Translations under genes and position numbers: made by a program
Shown here: one piece after another, positions 37,813-49,007 of the stretch
Layout of the letters: each line of letters opens with the position of its first letter
Position numbering within the stretch: the first letter of the stretch is position 1
Notes under the pieces: generated by a model
Databases searched by the model: none
What the model was told of the DNA's origin: nothing
The model's input: the letters and a program-made list of their open reading frames with translations, nothing else
Virus record (IMG/VR): IMGVR_UViG_3300037088_000332
Source: an uncultured virus (IMG/VR IMGVR_UViG_3300037088_000332)
Taxonomy: Duplodnaviria > Heunggongvirae > Uroviricota > Caudoviricetes
DNA: 64,000 bases
Strand: one strand, 5' to 3'

Positions 37813-38460
37813 TTAGCGTCTATGGTCAAGGAATCTCTCCACTACATCCCGGATTTCCTTCACGCTACCCTCATGGGGCATTCCTGCTGGGGGAGCTTGC
37901 GGGGCGGTGGGTTCCGGTATTATGGGAGACGGTATGGTGGCTGGTTCCTCCCTGTTTACCTTCTTGTTGACCGCCATCGGCTGGCCACTCTTGTACTTGG
38001 CCATATATCGACTGAGGTTATAGCTGTCCTCGGCAAGAACCGGATGCTGCAAGGCACCGAAGGTAAGCCTCGTCCGCATACCGATGCCCATGAAATGTGC
38101 GTCCCTAACTCCTTCCTTCTTAACGTCCGTGAAAGCATAGGAGAAGTCAAGGTCCTGCACGTCAATACCATGGCGGCTGAACAGAGCATAGATGGCGTCG
38201 GACGACAAGGGAATTGCAATTCCGACCTCAACGATGGAGACCTCTTCCTCGCTCAGGGTGGTCTCCCCTTCCTCGTCATAGAACTCCTCAAGGCTGTCTA
38301 TGATGGTCTCTTTGGCTGCGCTTAGGACGCCGGGGTCGTTGGTGATGCCATAGAGGTGGAGGGCAAGCCCTGCTGCCTTCTCGCTGTTCAGGCGCTCAAT
38401 CATCCCCAGCACGTCCATCAGGGCAAGGATAAGCTTCTCATTAATCTCGTAGTAGTCCAT
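37813..38460 (-). CDS. hypothetical protein
   Basis: 215 aa, SD GGGGAG. Confidence 0.7.
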   Translation of the reverse strand: MDYYEINEKLILALMDVLGMIERLNSEKAAGLALHLYGITNDPGVLSAAKETIIDSLEEFYDEEGETTLSEEEVSIVEVGIAIPLSSDAIYALFSRHGIDVQDLDFSYAFTDVKKEGVRDAHFMGIGMRTRLTFGALQHPVLAEDSYNLSRYMAKYKSGQPMAVNKKVNREEPATIPSPIIPEPTAPQAPPAGMPHEGSVKEIRDVVERFLDHRR

Positions 38461-39203
38461 GGCTCCCCCTATAAAGGGGATTGGAAATCCCTTTACTTGG
38501 AAGTTTTTTTTCTGAAAATGCCGTTGAATAAATCGTTAAAGCCGCCGCTCTTTGCTCCAAAAATGCTATCAATCAACGCTTTGCCGGTCTTTGGGTTGGG
38601 GGGTATCTCTGAGGCTCTTGGGGTAGCCTTCCTGGTGACTTCGATTTCAACAAGCTCGCCGACCCGGATGATTACAGTCTCCCCGTGGGAAATCCTCGTG
38701 ATAGTGGCCTCGCTCAGGCTTACTTTGGGCACTAACATACTTGGCAGACCTATGCCGCCTTTGCCTCTTGTATGCCCGTGCTTCCGGGTGTAATCTCCCT
38801 TCACCCATTAGAGGATACAAGCATGGATGACCAAAATAATCTCAGCACAGATGAAGAACTCAAGAGCATAAAGGCTCGACTTGAGGCTTTGGAGAAACCA
38901 GCGAAGCAAGGAACTTCTGGTGGCGGTTCCTACTCTCCTCTTCGGAGGAGGCTAAACGAAGTTGCTCTTCAAGTGGAAGCTCTTCACGATACAGTGGTTC
39001 AAGTTCTGCGAGAGCATCCTGAATTCCACGAACTATACGAAGAAGTCTATAATGACTTGAAAAAGAAGCACGAGACTCGCGATGAAGCTGATTATGATGA
39101 TTGGTAGAACTATCAAGGATTTTAGACATAGCTTGTACCCCTCTAAAAGATTCTCATAGTCTTAATACTGTGAAAACCACGAATTTAATGTTCGGAGGCT
39201 AAA

Positions 39204-39686
39204 ATGAACAAGGGCAGGCTTATCGGAATGGTAGTGCTGGTCGTCATGCTTGTGTCGGGGGTTATCATTTGGCAGCATGAAAAAGAGGTCGCATCCGAGG
39301 ATAAGGCTGTTACAGAAAAATTTAATTCGCAACTCCAGATGATGAAGCAACTGGAGCCATCATTGGTACTCCCTCCACATGAAAAACTGACACCAGAACA
39401 AGGCGAGCCGATTGAATACCGCTACTTCTATGCAAAGGCGAAAAGCATGGGTTTGCCGATTGGCAAGCGTTATCGTTTTAGGGCGCAGATTGGCAGCACT
39501 TATTTGGGTCTAGCCGAGGCTAGTGATACAATTCCGAGTCTGGAGCATAAGTTGAGTGGGAACGATGCAGCCTTTGACGACGAGTCTCAGCACGAAAAGT
39601 TTCTCCTCGGTCCTACATACCAGAACCGCACAGTCGTTGCCTCGATGGGAGCCGATGGGAACATTAAAATTCACAGGATTGAGTAG
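39204..39686 (+). CDS. membrane-anchored hypothetical protein
   Basis: SD GGAGG; N-terminal TM helix. Confidence 0.75.
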   Translation: MNKGRLIGMVVLVVMLVSGVIIWQHEKEVASEDKAVTEKFNSQLQMMKQLEPSLVLPPHEKLTPEQGEPIEYRYFYAKAKSMGLPIGKRYRFRAQIGSTYLGLAEASDTIPSLEHKLSGNDAAFDDESQHEKFLLGPTYQNRTVVASMGADGNIKIHRIE

Positions 39687-39706
39687 AGGGTGTATAGCTG
39701 CGAGCC

Positions 39707-39862
39707 TCAAGCCTTAGATACAGCCTTCCGCCTCTTGTCAATCGCCAGCTTGGTCTTCAGGGCTTTCTTCGGCACCCGCACCAGCTTACCAAGCAGTGTC
39801 CTAAACTTGGTCATTGCCAGGTCCGCATCAGCTACCACGATGTCTTCAGCTTTGAGTTTCAT
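39707..39862 (-). CDS. small basic protein (MKLKAEDIVV...FRTLLGKLVRVPKK)
   Basis: Hand-translated 51 aa; resembles small ORFs found beside IS1595-type transposases. Confidence 0.5.
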   Translation of the reverse strand: MKLKAEDIVVADADLAMTKFRTLLGKLVRVPKKALKTKLAIDKRRKAVSKA

Positions 39863-40054
39863 AGCTGTTTACTCTACTTAATTGGAATTCCCGCTTGACT
39901 CCCAAACGCCGGTAAAATAGACTTTCCAAGATGAGTGAAGAACCCAAGAAACCATCCGCAAAAACGACTGAGGAAAAACCGTCTGCCTCTAAGTCAGCCC
40001 AACGGCAAAGTGGTGACGCTGGAACTCAAGTCACACAAATTTCTCAATTTCAAG

Positions 40055-40618
40055 CTAGTGACCATAAGATTGTGATAAGAGCATCCAAGAATAAAAACCT
40101 GAAAAAAGTAATCCAAACGAAACCACTAAAAAAATAAATCCAGCAAGCACACACCAAGATTTCCCTGTGGCTGCCTGTTCCTGAAAATCACTGCATAGTT
40201 TTAGTCCCAATCCAAATCTGCCTTGTGCTTGTGGTGAGCTTTCTGGGTTTTCGTTTATGAATCTGATAGCCACTTCTTCTCCATATAGGAGCAACTTTCT
40301 AACTGGCAATAGACAATAGACGCTAGAAGCCGCAGATAGACATAAACTAGCCAAGCCTAGCACAATCTTGAGATTAAAGGCTTGTGCTAAAGGCAGGCAG
40401 CTTCCCTTAACGAAATACACGAACAATGCCCAAAATGCCCCGAACCCATAGATAACGAATTTGAGAAGGTCGCCCGCTTTCTTCTCCACTTTATCTACAT
40501 CTGAGATGGTTTGGTTGAATCGGAATTTGGCATACTCCCAAACCCAGTCATAATCACGGTTGTCAAGAATAGGTATGGCATTGATTTCTTTGGCCTTTGA
40601 TTCTACTTCATCCAGCAT
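40055..40618 (-). CDS. membrane protein (3 TM)
   Basis: Three hydrophobic segments; AT-rich. Confidence 0.75.
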   Translation of the reverse strand: MLDEVESKAKEINAIPILDNRDYDWVWEYAKFRFNQTISDVDKVEKKAGDLLKFVIYGFGAFWALFVYFVKGSCLPLAQAFNLKIVLGLASLCLSAASSVYCLLPVRKLLLYGEEVAIRFINENPESSPQAQGRFGLGLKLCSDFQEQAATGKSWCVLAGFIFLVVSFGLLFSGFYSWMLLSQSYGH

Positions 40619-40682
40619 AGCCTTCCTCGTTTCTTATAAAAGACACTTGAATAATACCAACTTTTCCGCTATTTTATTGGCG

Positions 40683-41621
40683 TCACTCCGTATCCCCCAC
40701 CAACTGCTTGTAGGTGATGCGGCGACCAACGGTCTGCTTCATAACTTCCGAAAACCTCTGCGCATCATTCCCGTGCCGTTCGTTGTACCGGAACACCTGC
40801 TCACCCAAATACCTGACCAAGTGGAACGGCTCAACGCTGACATAAGTTCCCTTGACGGTGCGCTTCAACAGGCTCCAGAAGTTCTCCAGCCCGTTTGTAT
40901 ACACCCGCCTCCGGACGTACTCGACGGCATGGTCAACAAATTGGTGGTCATATTGACCAGCTAATCCACCGTAAGAGGCTAATGCATCGGTATAAACGGA
41001 TGACCCGCCAGCGACTTGCGCCCCTACAAGGTTGTGCAAAGTCTTTTTCTTACGGTTTGGAATCACGGTGGCAATCACCTTTCCGCCCCGTTCCAAGCAT
41101 CCTAGCACGGGAATCTTATCTTTGCCGCCAGTCCCGGTAATGCTCTCAGCTCGCCTGCCTTCGTGCATGTTCTTGGAAAGTCCGCCGATGAAGGTCTCGT
41201 CAACCTCAACTTCGCCCGCAAGCTTCATGAAGGAGCCGGTCTGCATTGCCTTGCGGATACGGTGCAGCATGAACCAAGCCGACTTCTGCGTCACACCCAG
41301 GGCACGGTGAAGCTCGTAGGAACTAATCCCGTTCTTGCATACCGACAGGAGCCACACGGCGGGGAGCCATTTTTCCAAACTGATTGGACTGTCCTCGAAG
41401 ATGGTCCCGACCTTGAGCGAGAACTTGGGGCTCTTGTGGCCAGCATAGCATTTATAAACCCGTGCCTTCTCCAGATAGGCCACATGGTCAGAATCACACT
41501 TGGGACATTTGACCACTCCGTCCAGCCAACGGACCTCGACCATGAATTTGTGGCAGTTGGAGTAGTCGCCGAAGAACCTGACCGCTTCGAGCAAAGTATG
41601 GGGAGAATTTATCGTTTCCAT
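40683..41621 (-). mobile_element. IS1595-family (ISXO2-like) transposase
   Basis: Zn ribbon CPKC..YKC; GTIFEDS; VEVDETFIGG; VYTD; HAVEYV; TNGLENFWSLLKR; YLGEQVFRYN. Element ends not identified. Confidence 0.92.
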
Positions 41622-41746
41622 ACCTATAGTATACATCGGAAACTATGGTCTGTCAGGTACAAAATTTAGTTTCCCACTGGTATTTTCAGTGGGGTGAGCA
41701 TATAGTTTTTACGGTTTTAATTCACTGATAAAAGAGGACTTATACA

Positions 41747-42517
41747 TTATTCTTCAGTGTCCACTATTTCTGTTTTATTTTTGTCGTTATAGCTGGCCGC
41801 ACCTTCGATTGAATGTTTGTTATCCAGCGTATCAGTCAAAGTCAACCGTGGGTGAGCACAAAGTACGTTTATATCCTCGTCTTTGAAGGCGAACGCCAGC
41901 CAACCATCTACCAGCGCACCTTGTTTAAGCGGTCTTTCACGAACAAGTTCTCTCAAGTCTTCAAGCTCTTCATATTTCGTTGTGGTGGCTGAATGAGCTG
42001 TCGTAATGGAATGCGACACTTTTTTTGCTTTTGACCACCCGGCAAGAGGACAGGTTTCAGTCGTTTTATAGGTAGAACCGTCAGTGTCGATAAGCTCCAA
42101 TTCCCATGCTTTGATTCCAGCCGCCAGGGGGAAGTGATTTACAAGGGACACTTTGAGCAAAGCCACCGATGCAATGCCCGGTCTTGTAGACCAAGGTATC
42201 TGCGGCTGGTATTCAAGTATTTCTCCTTTGATATTTGCACTCGTTTGAGGTTGCGTTTTTTGTTTTGCGTTATACAGGTGGAGCCGGTTTGCTACGAGAT
42301 AGGCAAAAAGTGTGACCACCGCAAAACCACCTAATCTCTGTCCCCAGTTGAAATGCATCGAATTTGTGATAATGAGCGCTGCACCAACAAGGACGCAAAG
42401 TGGAAGAATGGCTTTCTCTGCAAGTATGGGCATAAGCGGAGCTTGCCATATACTTCGTTGATAGTCAAAGATTGCGTATATCATGTACAATATTAAAATG
42501 ATGCCACTGTCTGTCAT
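41747..42517 (-). CDS. membrane-anchored hypothetical protein
   Basis: N-terminal TM segments; AT-rich; start uncertain. Confidence 0.65.
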   Translation of the reverse strand: MTDSGIILILYMIYAIFDYQRSIWQAPLMPILAEKAILPLCVLVGAALIITNSMHFNWGQRLGGFAVVTLFAYLVANRLHLYNAKQKTQPQTSANIKGEILEYQPQIPWSTRPGIASVALLKVSLVNHFPLAAGIKAWELELIDTDGSTYKTTETCPLAGWSKAKKVSHSITTAHSATTTKYEELEDLRELVRERPLKQGALVDGWLAFAFKDEDINVLCAHPRLTLTDTLDNKHSIEGAASYNDKNKTEIVDTEE

Positions 42518-42564
42518 ATAAGTTTAGGTCTGCCAAGTATGTTGGTACCTTACTTTGGCTCTGG

Positions 42565-43854
42565 TCATAGCACCTTCTCAAGGACGTAGTCTTCGGCGTT
42601 GCCGATTTCCGTCCACGGGATGTGACACTCGTCGAGAATCCTCTTCGTGGCTATTAACGACTCCGCCCAGCGCCCCAGCTTGTCGGCGTCCGGGCATGGG
42701 AACACGAACCGTTTGATGCCTGCCTGCATCATCTGCACGGCGCACCGTATGCAGGAGCAAAACGGCCACGTATAGAGGACACAGCCTTTCACCGGCCCGT
42801 TGGCGAAGAGCAGGGCGTTTATCTCGCAGTTATGCATTGGGAAACCTTCTACAATCATCGTGCGGGTGGAGGTTTGTACTTTAGCAATCTCTTGGGTACC
42901 GGCTGGTTCTACCGCCATGACACAACGTATGCAGTGTCGAGAAGAGTGCATTCTTCCAAACTTGTCAGGATTAAGCTTATTCAGTAGTCGTTTTGGTCTG
43001 ACAGTACCTAGAAAAGATAGACGTTCAGACAACCTGCCACGTATATGGGCAGCGAGACAGTCCTTTTTTCCTAATCCCCCTTGCATTGGGAATGAGTGTG
43101 TCCAAATGTGAAAATCTTGTGCTCGGTTTTTTAAGAGTCTCAGGACCTCCTCCAGAACCAATCCCGGTCTTTGTGCAAATTGTAAGGTGTGTCCGTGTTT
43201 AGAAATTGAGCCTTCCCCATCTAGCAAACCCGCTAAGTACCCAGCATCATAATCCGTAGCGGTAACCCAAGGTGTAAACAATTTATAAATTTTAGATGAG
43301 TGGTGGGCGAGGCCATCTTTTGTCAACCTAGCATTCTTGGGGGGTATGAGCAATTCGTCAGTTCTCCTCCACCGCCTCACATTGTTTGACCTAACCCCCA
43401 GTAACCAGCGGTGTTCTGCTGTACAGAGAATTTCGCTATTGTCATTAAAAATGACCCTAAAGACAGGCTCTTTGGCAAAGCTTATGTGTTCAACAATAGA
43501 CCTTCGGTATTTTCTACCACTTCGAGTTAGAGGGAATTCGTCAAACCCAACGAGGGCGTCCCCCACCTTGACTCCCCCCAATTCCACCCAACGTAAATCT
43601 GCGGTCAATGTTTTGTGAGATGGAACAGTGCAATGAACGATGTGGTCATACTTATAGGTCCGGTCGGTGTAAAGCTCGGGGTCATCTTTGGCCCCCTGCG
43701 GGAAGCCGTTGAATCCCACGCCCACCACCGACTTGTTCGGGCGCACGATGACCGCTCCCGTTTTAGTACTTGAATCTTTTGACCATGATGCTATGTGCGC
43801 CGAAAGTTCTAAGAAACGCCTATCCCACTTGTCGCTAATCTTGATTTTTTCCAT
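42565..43854 (-). CDS. dCMP deaminase containing an intein
   Basis: WSKDSSTKTGAVIV, GFNGFP, H|CE.NA, PFCSCIRC. Confidence 0.92.
   Translation of the reverse strand: MEKIKISDKWDRRFLELSAHIASWSKDSSTKTGAVIVRPNKSVVGVGFNGFPQGAKDDPELYTDRTYKYDHIVHCTVPSHKTLTADLRWVELGGVKVGDALVGFDEFPLTRSGRKYRRSIVEHISFAKEPVFRVIFNDNSEILCTAEHRWLLGVRSNNVRRWRRTDELLIPPKNARLTKDGLAHHSSKIYKLFTPWVTATDYDAGYLAGLLDGEGSISKHGHTLQFAQRPGLVLEEVLRLLKNRAQDFHIWTHSFPMQGGLGKKDCLAAHIRGRLSERLSFLGTVRPKRLLNKLNPDKFGRMHSSRHCIRCVMAVEPAGTQEIAKVQTSTRTMIVEGFPMHNCEINALLFANGPVKGCVLYTWPFCSCIRCAVQMMQAGIKRFVFPCPDADKLGRWAESLIATKRILDECHIPWTEIGNAEDYVLEKVL
42829..43632 (-). mobile_element. intein with LAGLIDADG endonuclease (268 aa)
   Basis: Starts CTVPSHKTLTADL, block B TAEHRW, YLAGLLDGEG, ends MHN before Cys. 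Confidence 0.9.
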
Positions 43855-44581
43855 ACTCGCTTATCTTAGTCTTTCATAGTCTTCGTCATACCAGACAAAG
43901 GCATCAGCCTTTTGGGTAAAGACCAGCCACGCCAGTCTGATACGGTCGGAGAATTCTGATATCGTCTTTGGTCGGACGGAACGATGCCTTCCATCGGTTC
44001 CGTATTCCCACCGCCAGTTGGACAGGTTACGCAATTCGCTCAGTCTGTAAATCCTCCCTAACATAAGCTATGCCTCCTTCGGCTGTTTCGGCACGGTGAC
44101 CGAAACCAAGTCGTTGAATATCACGGGAATCTTTTCTTGGAACTTCCTGAGGAGTGGGGTGGCTTCCTCCCGCGTTTTCCGTTCTTTGGCTTCTCGGGAT
44201 TGGCTTCTCATCTCCCCGTACTCAGATATAGGCTCCGGTGTCTCCCCGATGGAGCATGGTAATGTAGGGACCAAAATCATCACAGTTCGCCTCGGTGCAT
44301 GCTTCCCTACCGTCGTGAGTGAATGTAAACTCTTGCGGATAATTTAGAGCGATAACTTGGAACTCTGCCTCGGGGTTGACGTTCTTTAGACGTTCAATGA
44401 GGTCTTTTATCTTTATTTTCATAATGATGCCTTTCATGTCGCCGTTCGGGCCTACATTTAGAAAGTCGCCTATCGGCGACTTTCATCCCCTGCCCCGTGC
44501 CAACCTCCGCTAGTGAAAAATCTGTATATGATATCAACATTAACAATGTATGCAGTCTCCGGCTGTATCAATGTTAATACC

Positions 44582-44607
44582 GGGGTGGCACCAAGTGGTG
44601 CCACCCC
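44582..44607. terminator. strong hairpin after the beta-helix gene
   Basis: GGGGTGGCACC-AAGT-GGTGCCACCCC. Confidence 0.6.
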
Positions 44608-44621
44608 CCGAATACAGGGGG

Positions 44622-46208
44622 TTAATAAATTCCCATGGACCAAGTAGAGGAACGCTGTACCCCGTCCTTGGTAAGGCACAAGGGGACCAGTTTAGGGTTA
44701 CTACTGCACTCTGATGTAAGGTTCACTCCCTTCTGTATAACGGGGCTTCCGGGTCCGGGGCGACCGGTCGGGTCCAGATTCGGGTTAGAGATTATGCTGT
44801 GAATGTCTTGTCCTATACCCTGCCATTTGGCAAAGGTGTAGTAGACATTTCCAGCCTTGAATGCTTGTGAGCCAGAATTAAGTACTATGTTTATCCCGAA
44901 CCAGTCATTGTAATCAGAAGTCAGTATTCCGCCTGCCGCCATGCGCGTCCCAAGCAGACTAACTTCTATATTGTTCTTCCAGACCCCGATAGTAGCAGCC
45001 ACCGTCTGTCCGTAGACGGCGCTTCCTCCACGGATTGTACCTTGACAGGAGGGAACCTGGCTAGCGTCAAACGTATTGTTGAAACTACTAATCTCTGCAA
45101 TTGGCCATACGGCAGCAATCCAGCCGTTTGAGGCACACTGCCTGCCCGGAACGGTCGAAGTGCTGCTTGGCCTAAACAGGTTGTTGAACACGAAATTGTG
45201 CTTCCCGCCGTACTGGCTGAAAAAGATTATCCCGGTCATGTTGCCCAACGGACCAAAGAAATCATTGTCATAGATGTAGACATCTGAGTAAGAAGCTCCA
45301 GCTCCCGGCGCTCGGATGAATACCGGGTCCGCATGGCATGAATTATCGGTGTTCCAAAAATCAGAGTTGTCGTGAAACTTGTTGTGATGTACCGAAGCGA
45401 AGCTGAACGCGATGTTGGGCGACCCAGCCGATAGGTCCACAAACCAGCAACTCCTTGATACATCGTTGTAAGCAACTTCCCAGTTCGTGCTTGGCGCTAC
45501 AGAGGAAGAAGCTGTGGATGGGTTGATTTCAATTCCAGTCTTCCCACTCCGAATAATCGTATTCCCAACCACTTGGATGTTCGAGCCCATTGACGCAAGG
45601 CTAATGCTGTTTGACGAACTGTAAATAGCCTCATCGAGAGTAGAATTTACAACATACTGATAGGCATTCAGCAACTTCCAGTTCTTGATGATGATATCGT
45701 GGCTCCTGCTGCCCATGGAACTGGCATTGCTAATCAGATTGGAAACCTGCTGGTACGTCAGCCCGGAGCCATTGGCGGTATTTTGAACCATTCCTACATT
45801 GTTGCCGTCAAGGACAATGTAGCTCTGCCCATTCAAATTGATGGCACCATACTTGGACCACGCAGGAGAACTCAGCGATGACCCCGTTTCGGCTTTAACG
45901 GTAATGGGATTTCCTGCCGCTCCTGAGGTTCTAAGGACAAGTGCGCTTGTGTTGACCGCCCCCGTAATCGGACCACAGAGGTGGATAGTGGTTCCCGGTC
46001 CTACTTGGGCTGCCCCCGTCCCCCAGTTGCTAACGGAGGCTAGCCACGATATGGGCTGGGTCTTGCTGCAGGGCGAGAGTGCTGAAGGAACCGGAACGGG
46101 TTTGCCGTCCTGTGATACAAACACGTCTTTTATGGATGCGGCTGCCGTGAAACTCGTGGTTAACAGCAGTATTGTTGCCAAAAATAGTTGCATGCCTGCT
46201 TTTTTCAT
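44622..46208 (-). CDS. secreted parallel beta-helix (pectin lyase-like) protein
   Basis: Signal peptide; GPGTTIHLCG; many Asn-ladder repeats; SDYN..SNP..GSPVI..G.NL tail. Confidence 0.8.
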   Translation of the reverse strand: MKKAGMQLFLATILLLTTSFTAAASIKDVFVSQDGKPVPVPSALSPCSKTQPISWLASVSNWGTGAAQVGPGTTIHLCGPITGAVNTSALVLRTSGAAGNPITVKAETGSSLSSPAWSKYGAINLNGQSYIVLDGNNVGMVQNTANGSGLTYQQVSNLISNASSMGSRSHDIIIKNWKLLNAYQYVVNSTLDEAIYSSSNSISLASMGSNIQVVGNTIIRSGKTGIEINPSTASSSVAPSTNWEVAYNDVSRSCWFVDLSAGSPNIAFSFASVHHNKFHDNSDFWNTDNSCHADPVFIRAPGAGASYSDVYIYDNDFFGPLGNMTGIIFFSQYGGKHNFVFNNLFRPSSTSTVPGRQCASNGWIAAVWPIAEISSFNNTFDASQVPSCQGTIRGGSAVYGQTVAATIGVWKNNIEVSLLGTRMAAGGILTSDYNDWFGINIVLNSGSQAFKAGNVYYTFAKWQGIGQDIHSIISNPNLDPTGRPGPGSPVIQKGVNLTSECSSNPKLVPLCLTKDGVQRSSTWSMGIY

Positions 46209-46431
46209 ATGTACTCTCCTTTTGTTGGTACTTTATCGGGTTTTTGATAATCTGGTCTGCATAAGGCACAATTTCCGTCCCCATCCGTGTCAATGCCGAG
46301 ACCACAGCCGGGGCATGTCGCCCCGTAATAGCCGGGCGACTTGTGGCGTACCGTCTCTGTGAAGGTGGGGTCATCCTCGGGGAGACCACCATCGTTGACG
46401 ATTTGTGATGCTGTCCGTGCCTTGTATGCCA

Positions 46432-46884
46432 TTAGTGGACCTCGTTGATGATAAAGCAACTGGCTGTTTCTCCAAGGGTCATGCTTTTTGCCATGGGTAT
46501 AATCCAGCGTAAGTTTGGAATTGTATCAATAGTCTCCAAAAGTCCCACCCTGTAAATTCCAACCTCTTCATCGGTCTTTGTCTCAATGAGGTCGTAGAGA
46601 CAGCTTCTCCCCCAGAAGAACCAGATTACCGCCTCGTCTAAATTCAAGCGAACGAGAGGATTCCACTCCAAGTGCTCCAGTCCCGTTTCCTCAAGGAATT
46701 CACGCTGCATGCCTCGAAGAGGGGTCTCACTGTCAAGCAGCTTGCCACCTATGCCATTGAGCTTGTTTGCCTGCCACTCCGGGCGGTTCTTACGGATGAG
46801 GACGACCTTGGACATATCGGGGCTGAATAGGAAGCCTACGCAGAACCGTGTTCTACCATCAGACACACTATCCCATTTTTCCAT
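46432..46884 (-). CDS. NUDIX hydrolase
   Basis: GGKLLDSETPLRGMQREFLEETGL Nudix box. Confidence 0.92.
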   Translation of the reverse strand: MEKWDSVSDGRTRFCVGFLFSPDMSKVVLIRKNRPEWQANKLNGIGGKLLDSETPLRGMQREFLEETGLEHLEWNPLVRLNLDEAVIWFFWGRSCLYDLIETKTDEEVGIYRVGLLETIDTIPNLRWIIPMAKSMTLGETASCFIINEVH

Positions 46885-47500
46885 AGTGACTAATACTGCG
46901 TCAGCACATTACTTGCGAGCCGAAGATGTGGTGGCCATCGGGATGCACCGGGCACGAGATGTGGCCGCCGCTCGGAGGGATGACCATCCACAGCGGCTTT
47001 TTGAGGCTGCACTCGGCGTAGGGGTGACGAGGCGGTCTTGGAGGACAATGGGGGCAGTGTTCTGGTGGGGGGAAATCCCGTCTGTTGACGATGACTGTGG
47101 AGCCTTCCCACGGAGGAGCTTGGGTTATAGTTTTTGTTAGCATAGAGTTTACCTTTCGTTAAGTAGCGGTCCGGTCGTGGTGATAAAATCTTCCCTCATT
47201 ATGGAGCCTCCCATCGGGGAGGGTAGGGGGATTATGGTGGATGTGGGAGTTAGGAGTACGGGAGCTATCACATTGGACATCCCGCATCCGCACGGTGGGG
47301 CTTGTCCCCTTCCGAATCCGCACACCGGGCAAGTATAGTCGTGGTCGGGGCAGCTTCCGATTGTTCGTGCCGGGGCGAGTGGGTTACCTAGCAATTCCGG
47401 GTGGCTACACATCCTGAATTCACCCATAGTTATCTCCTGTTGATATGTGGGATTATATCAATATAATCCCACGATATAATCCCACATATCGGTTGTCTTG

Positions 47501-48394
47501 CTATACGAGTTCAAGAGAAGTCCCGCATTCGCGGCAGAACTTCACCCCGCTTTTGTTGGTGGTTCCACAGGTGTGGCACTTCGTCTTGGTCTTAACCGTG
47601 ATGGCCTTGAGGACTTGTTTCCCGCCCTTTGTCCCCATGAGCTTTAGGACGATGATGTGGGACTGCTCCTCAGTCGGGAAATAACCAGCCTCGTAGAACT
47701 GCTGATTGCTCTGGCTTCCCTCCACGGTGATTCCGGGGTCAAGTGATGCCTCCCGGTACTCATCCCCAGCAGCGCCGAGGCTGTTAGAGGACGACATAGT
47801 GCTACAATTGGTAGCACTTGGGGGCGTAGCGCACTTGGACAAATTGAATGCATTCGACTGCACGCCGCCGAGACTACTCCCCCTGACGCCTCCCTTGCTG
47901 CGGAGGATGCTGTTGGGCAGGCTGCCGCTGTTGTTGACGGTATAGGGCGTGTTCCAATATCCCCACGGGTAATATGCCCAGTAGTGGTCATAGTTATAGT
48001 GGTAATGGTCGTAGTGATGGGTGTGAACCTCGGGGTCGGGCTGCTTCTCAAACTTGTACTCGATGCGCACAAGCCCATCCTCTGCCTTGATGCCTCGATG
48101 CTCCTCTATCTTGCCGGTCCGCTTGATGAATTTGAACCGGTTGCCACTGTTCCAGTTGCCGTTCTTGATGAACCTTTCCAGGTCAAGGCTGCTGTTGGGG
48201 TTGATGACGAGCCAAGTCCCTTCGGTTACATCGGTGCCGTCAATTTCCACCTTGGCTTGAGCACGGACGGAGGATAGGTTCTTCAGGTAGATTTGAAATT
48301 CTGAGCCGAATGGGATGACAACGGTGCCAGCTGTTTCTCTCAGAGTTTTTTGGTTTATACGGATTGCTGCTACGAAGTTACTACTGTAGGTCAT
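47501..48394 (-). CDS. conserved hypothetical phage protein with C-terminal double zinc ribbon
   Basis: SD AAGGAG; CHTCG..KFCRECG. Confidence 0.8.
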   Translation of the reverse strand: MTYSSNFVAAIRINQKTLRETAGTVVIPFGSEFQIYLKNLSSVRAQAKVEIDGTDVTEGTWLVINPNSSLDLERFIKNGNWNSGNRFKFIKRTGKIEEHRGIKAEDGLVRIEYKFEKQPDPEVHTHHYDHYHYNYDHYWAYYPWGYWNTPYTVNNSGSLPNSILRSKGGVRGSSLGGVQSNAFNLSKCATPPSATNCSTMSSSNSLGAAGDEYREASLDPGITVEGSQSNQQFYEAGYFPTEEQSHIIVLKLMGTKGGKQVLKAITVKTKTKCHTCGTTNKSGVKFCRECGTSLELV

Positions 48395-48545
48395 ATGTTT
48401 CTCCTTGACTGGCCATGGGCTATGGCCATATACAACTAACAGCGAGCCCATTGGAGTTTTGCTGTCTATTCATAGATACTGAAAGTCAAAGTGTTTTTGA
48501 ATGGGTCCGACCGCTTTTCTTGCTTCCCATGCTGCTTTCTTCGCC

Positions 48546-49007
48546 TTAGCTTTCCCTAGTGTATTCCCGTAGGATTTCGTCTTTGGTAAGGATAACGCCG
48601 TAGTAGGCTACCCGTGGGGTGGTCGTCTCAAGGACCTTGTCATTGCTGACTATCCACGAATGCTCCCTCCACAGACCGTCCTCGGTCAAAGAGAACCCAT
48701 TGACAAGGTCGCCCTTTCCGGCTTTCCAGAGGACATAGCTATTCTGGTGGCAACTGATAGGTGCCATTCTGACCAAGTTGCTCTTTTCCCCGGACCACAG
48801 TTCTCCCCGCTTGAGCAGGCGGAAGATGTCGGCAGGCACTACCCCCCTGACATTGACCTCCCCACCGCCGATGGCAAGGAGTCTCTCCCGGATTTCCTGT
48901 GCCTCTGGGGAGCGTTCGAACACGTCCTCCTGTGACTCTTGCAGGCGGTCCTTCCAGTCCTGCGCCATGGGCTTGGTGAGGAACTCGGCAGTAAACTTGA
49001 ATATCAT
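48546..49007 (-). CDS. hypothetical protein
   Basis: CHQNS..G.SLTEDGLWREHSW; transglutaminase-like Cys/His spacing (tentative). Confidence 0.7.
   Translation of the reverse strand: MIFKFTAEFLTKPMAQDWKDRLQESQEDVFERSPEAQEIRERLLAIGGGEVNVRGVVPADIFRLLKRGELWSGEKSNLVRMAPISCHQNSYVLWKAGKGDLVNGFSLTEDGLWREHSWIVSNDKVLETTTPRVAYYGVILTKDEILREYTRES

Noticed and set aside
41645..42545. IS1595 terminal inverted repeats
   Set aside because: GGTCTGTCAGGTA (~41647) and GGTCTGCCAAGTA (~42527) are direct repeats on the same side; no inverted partner or target duplication was found.
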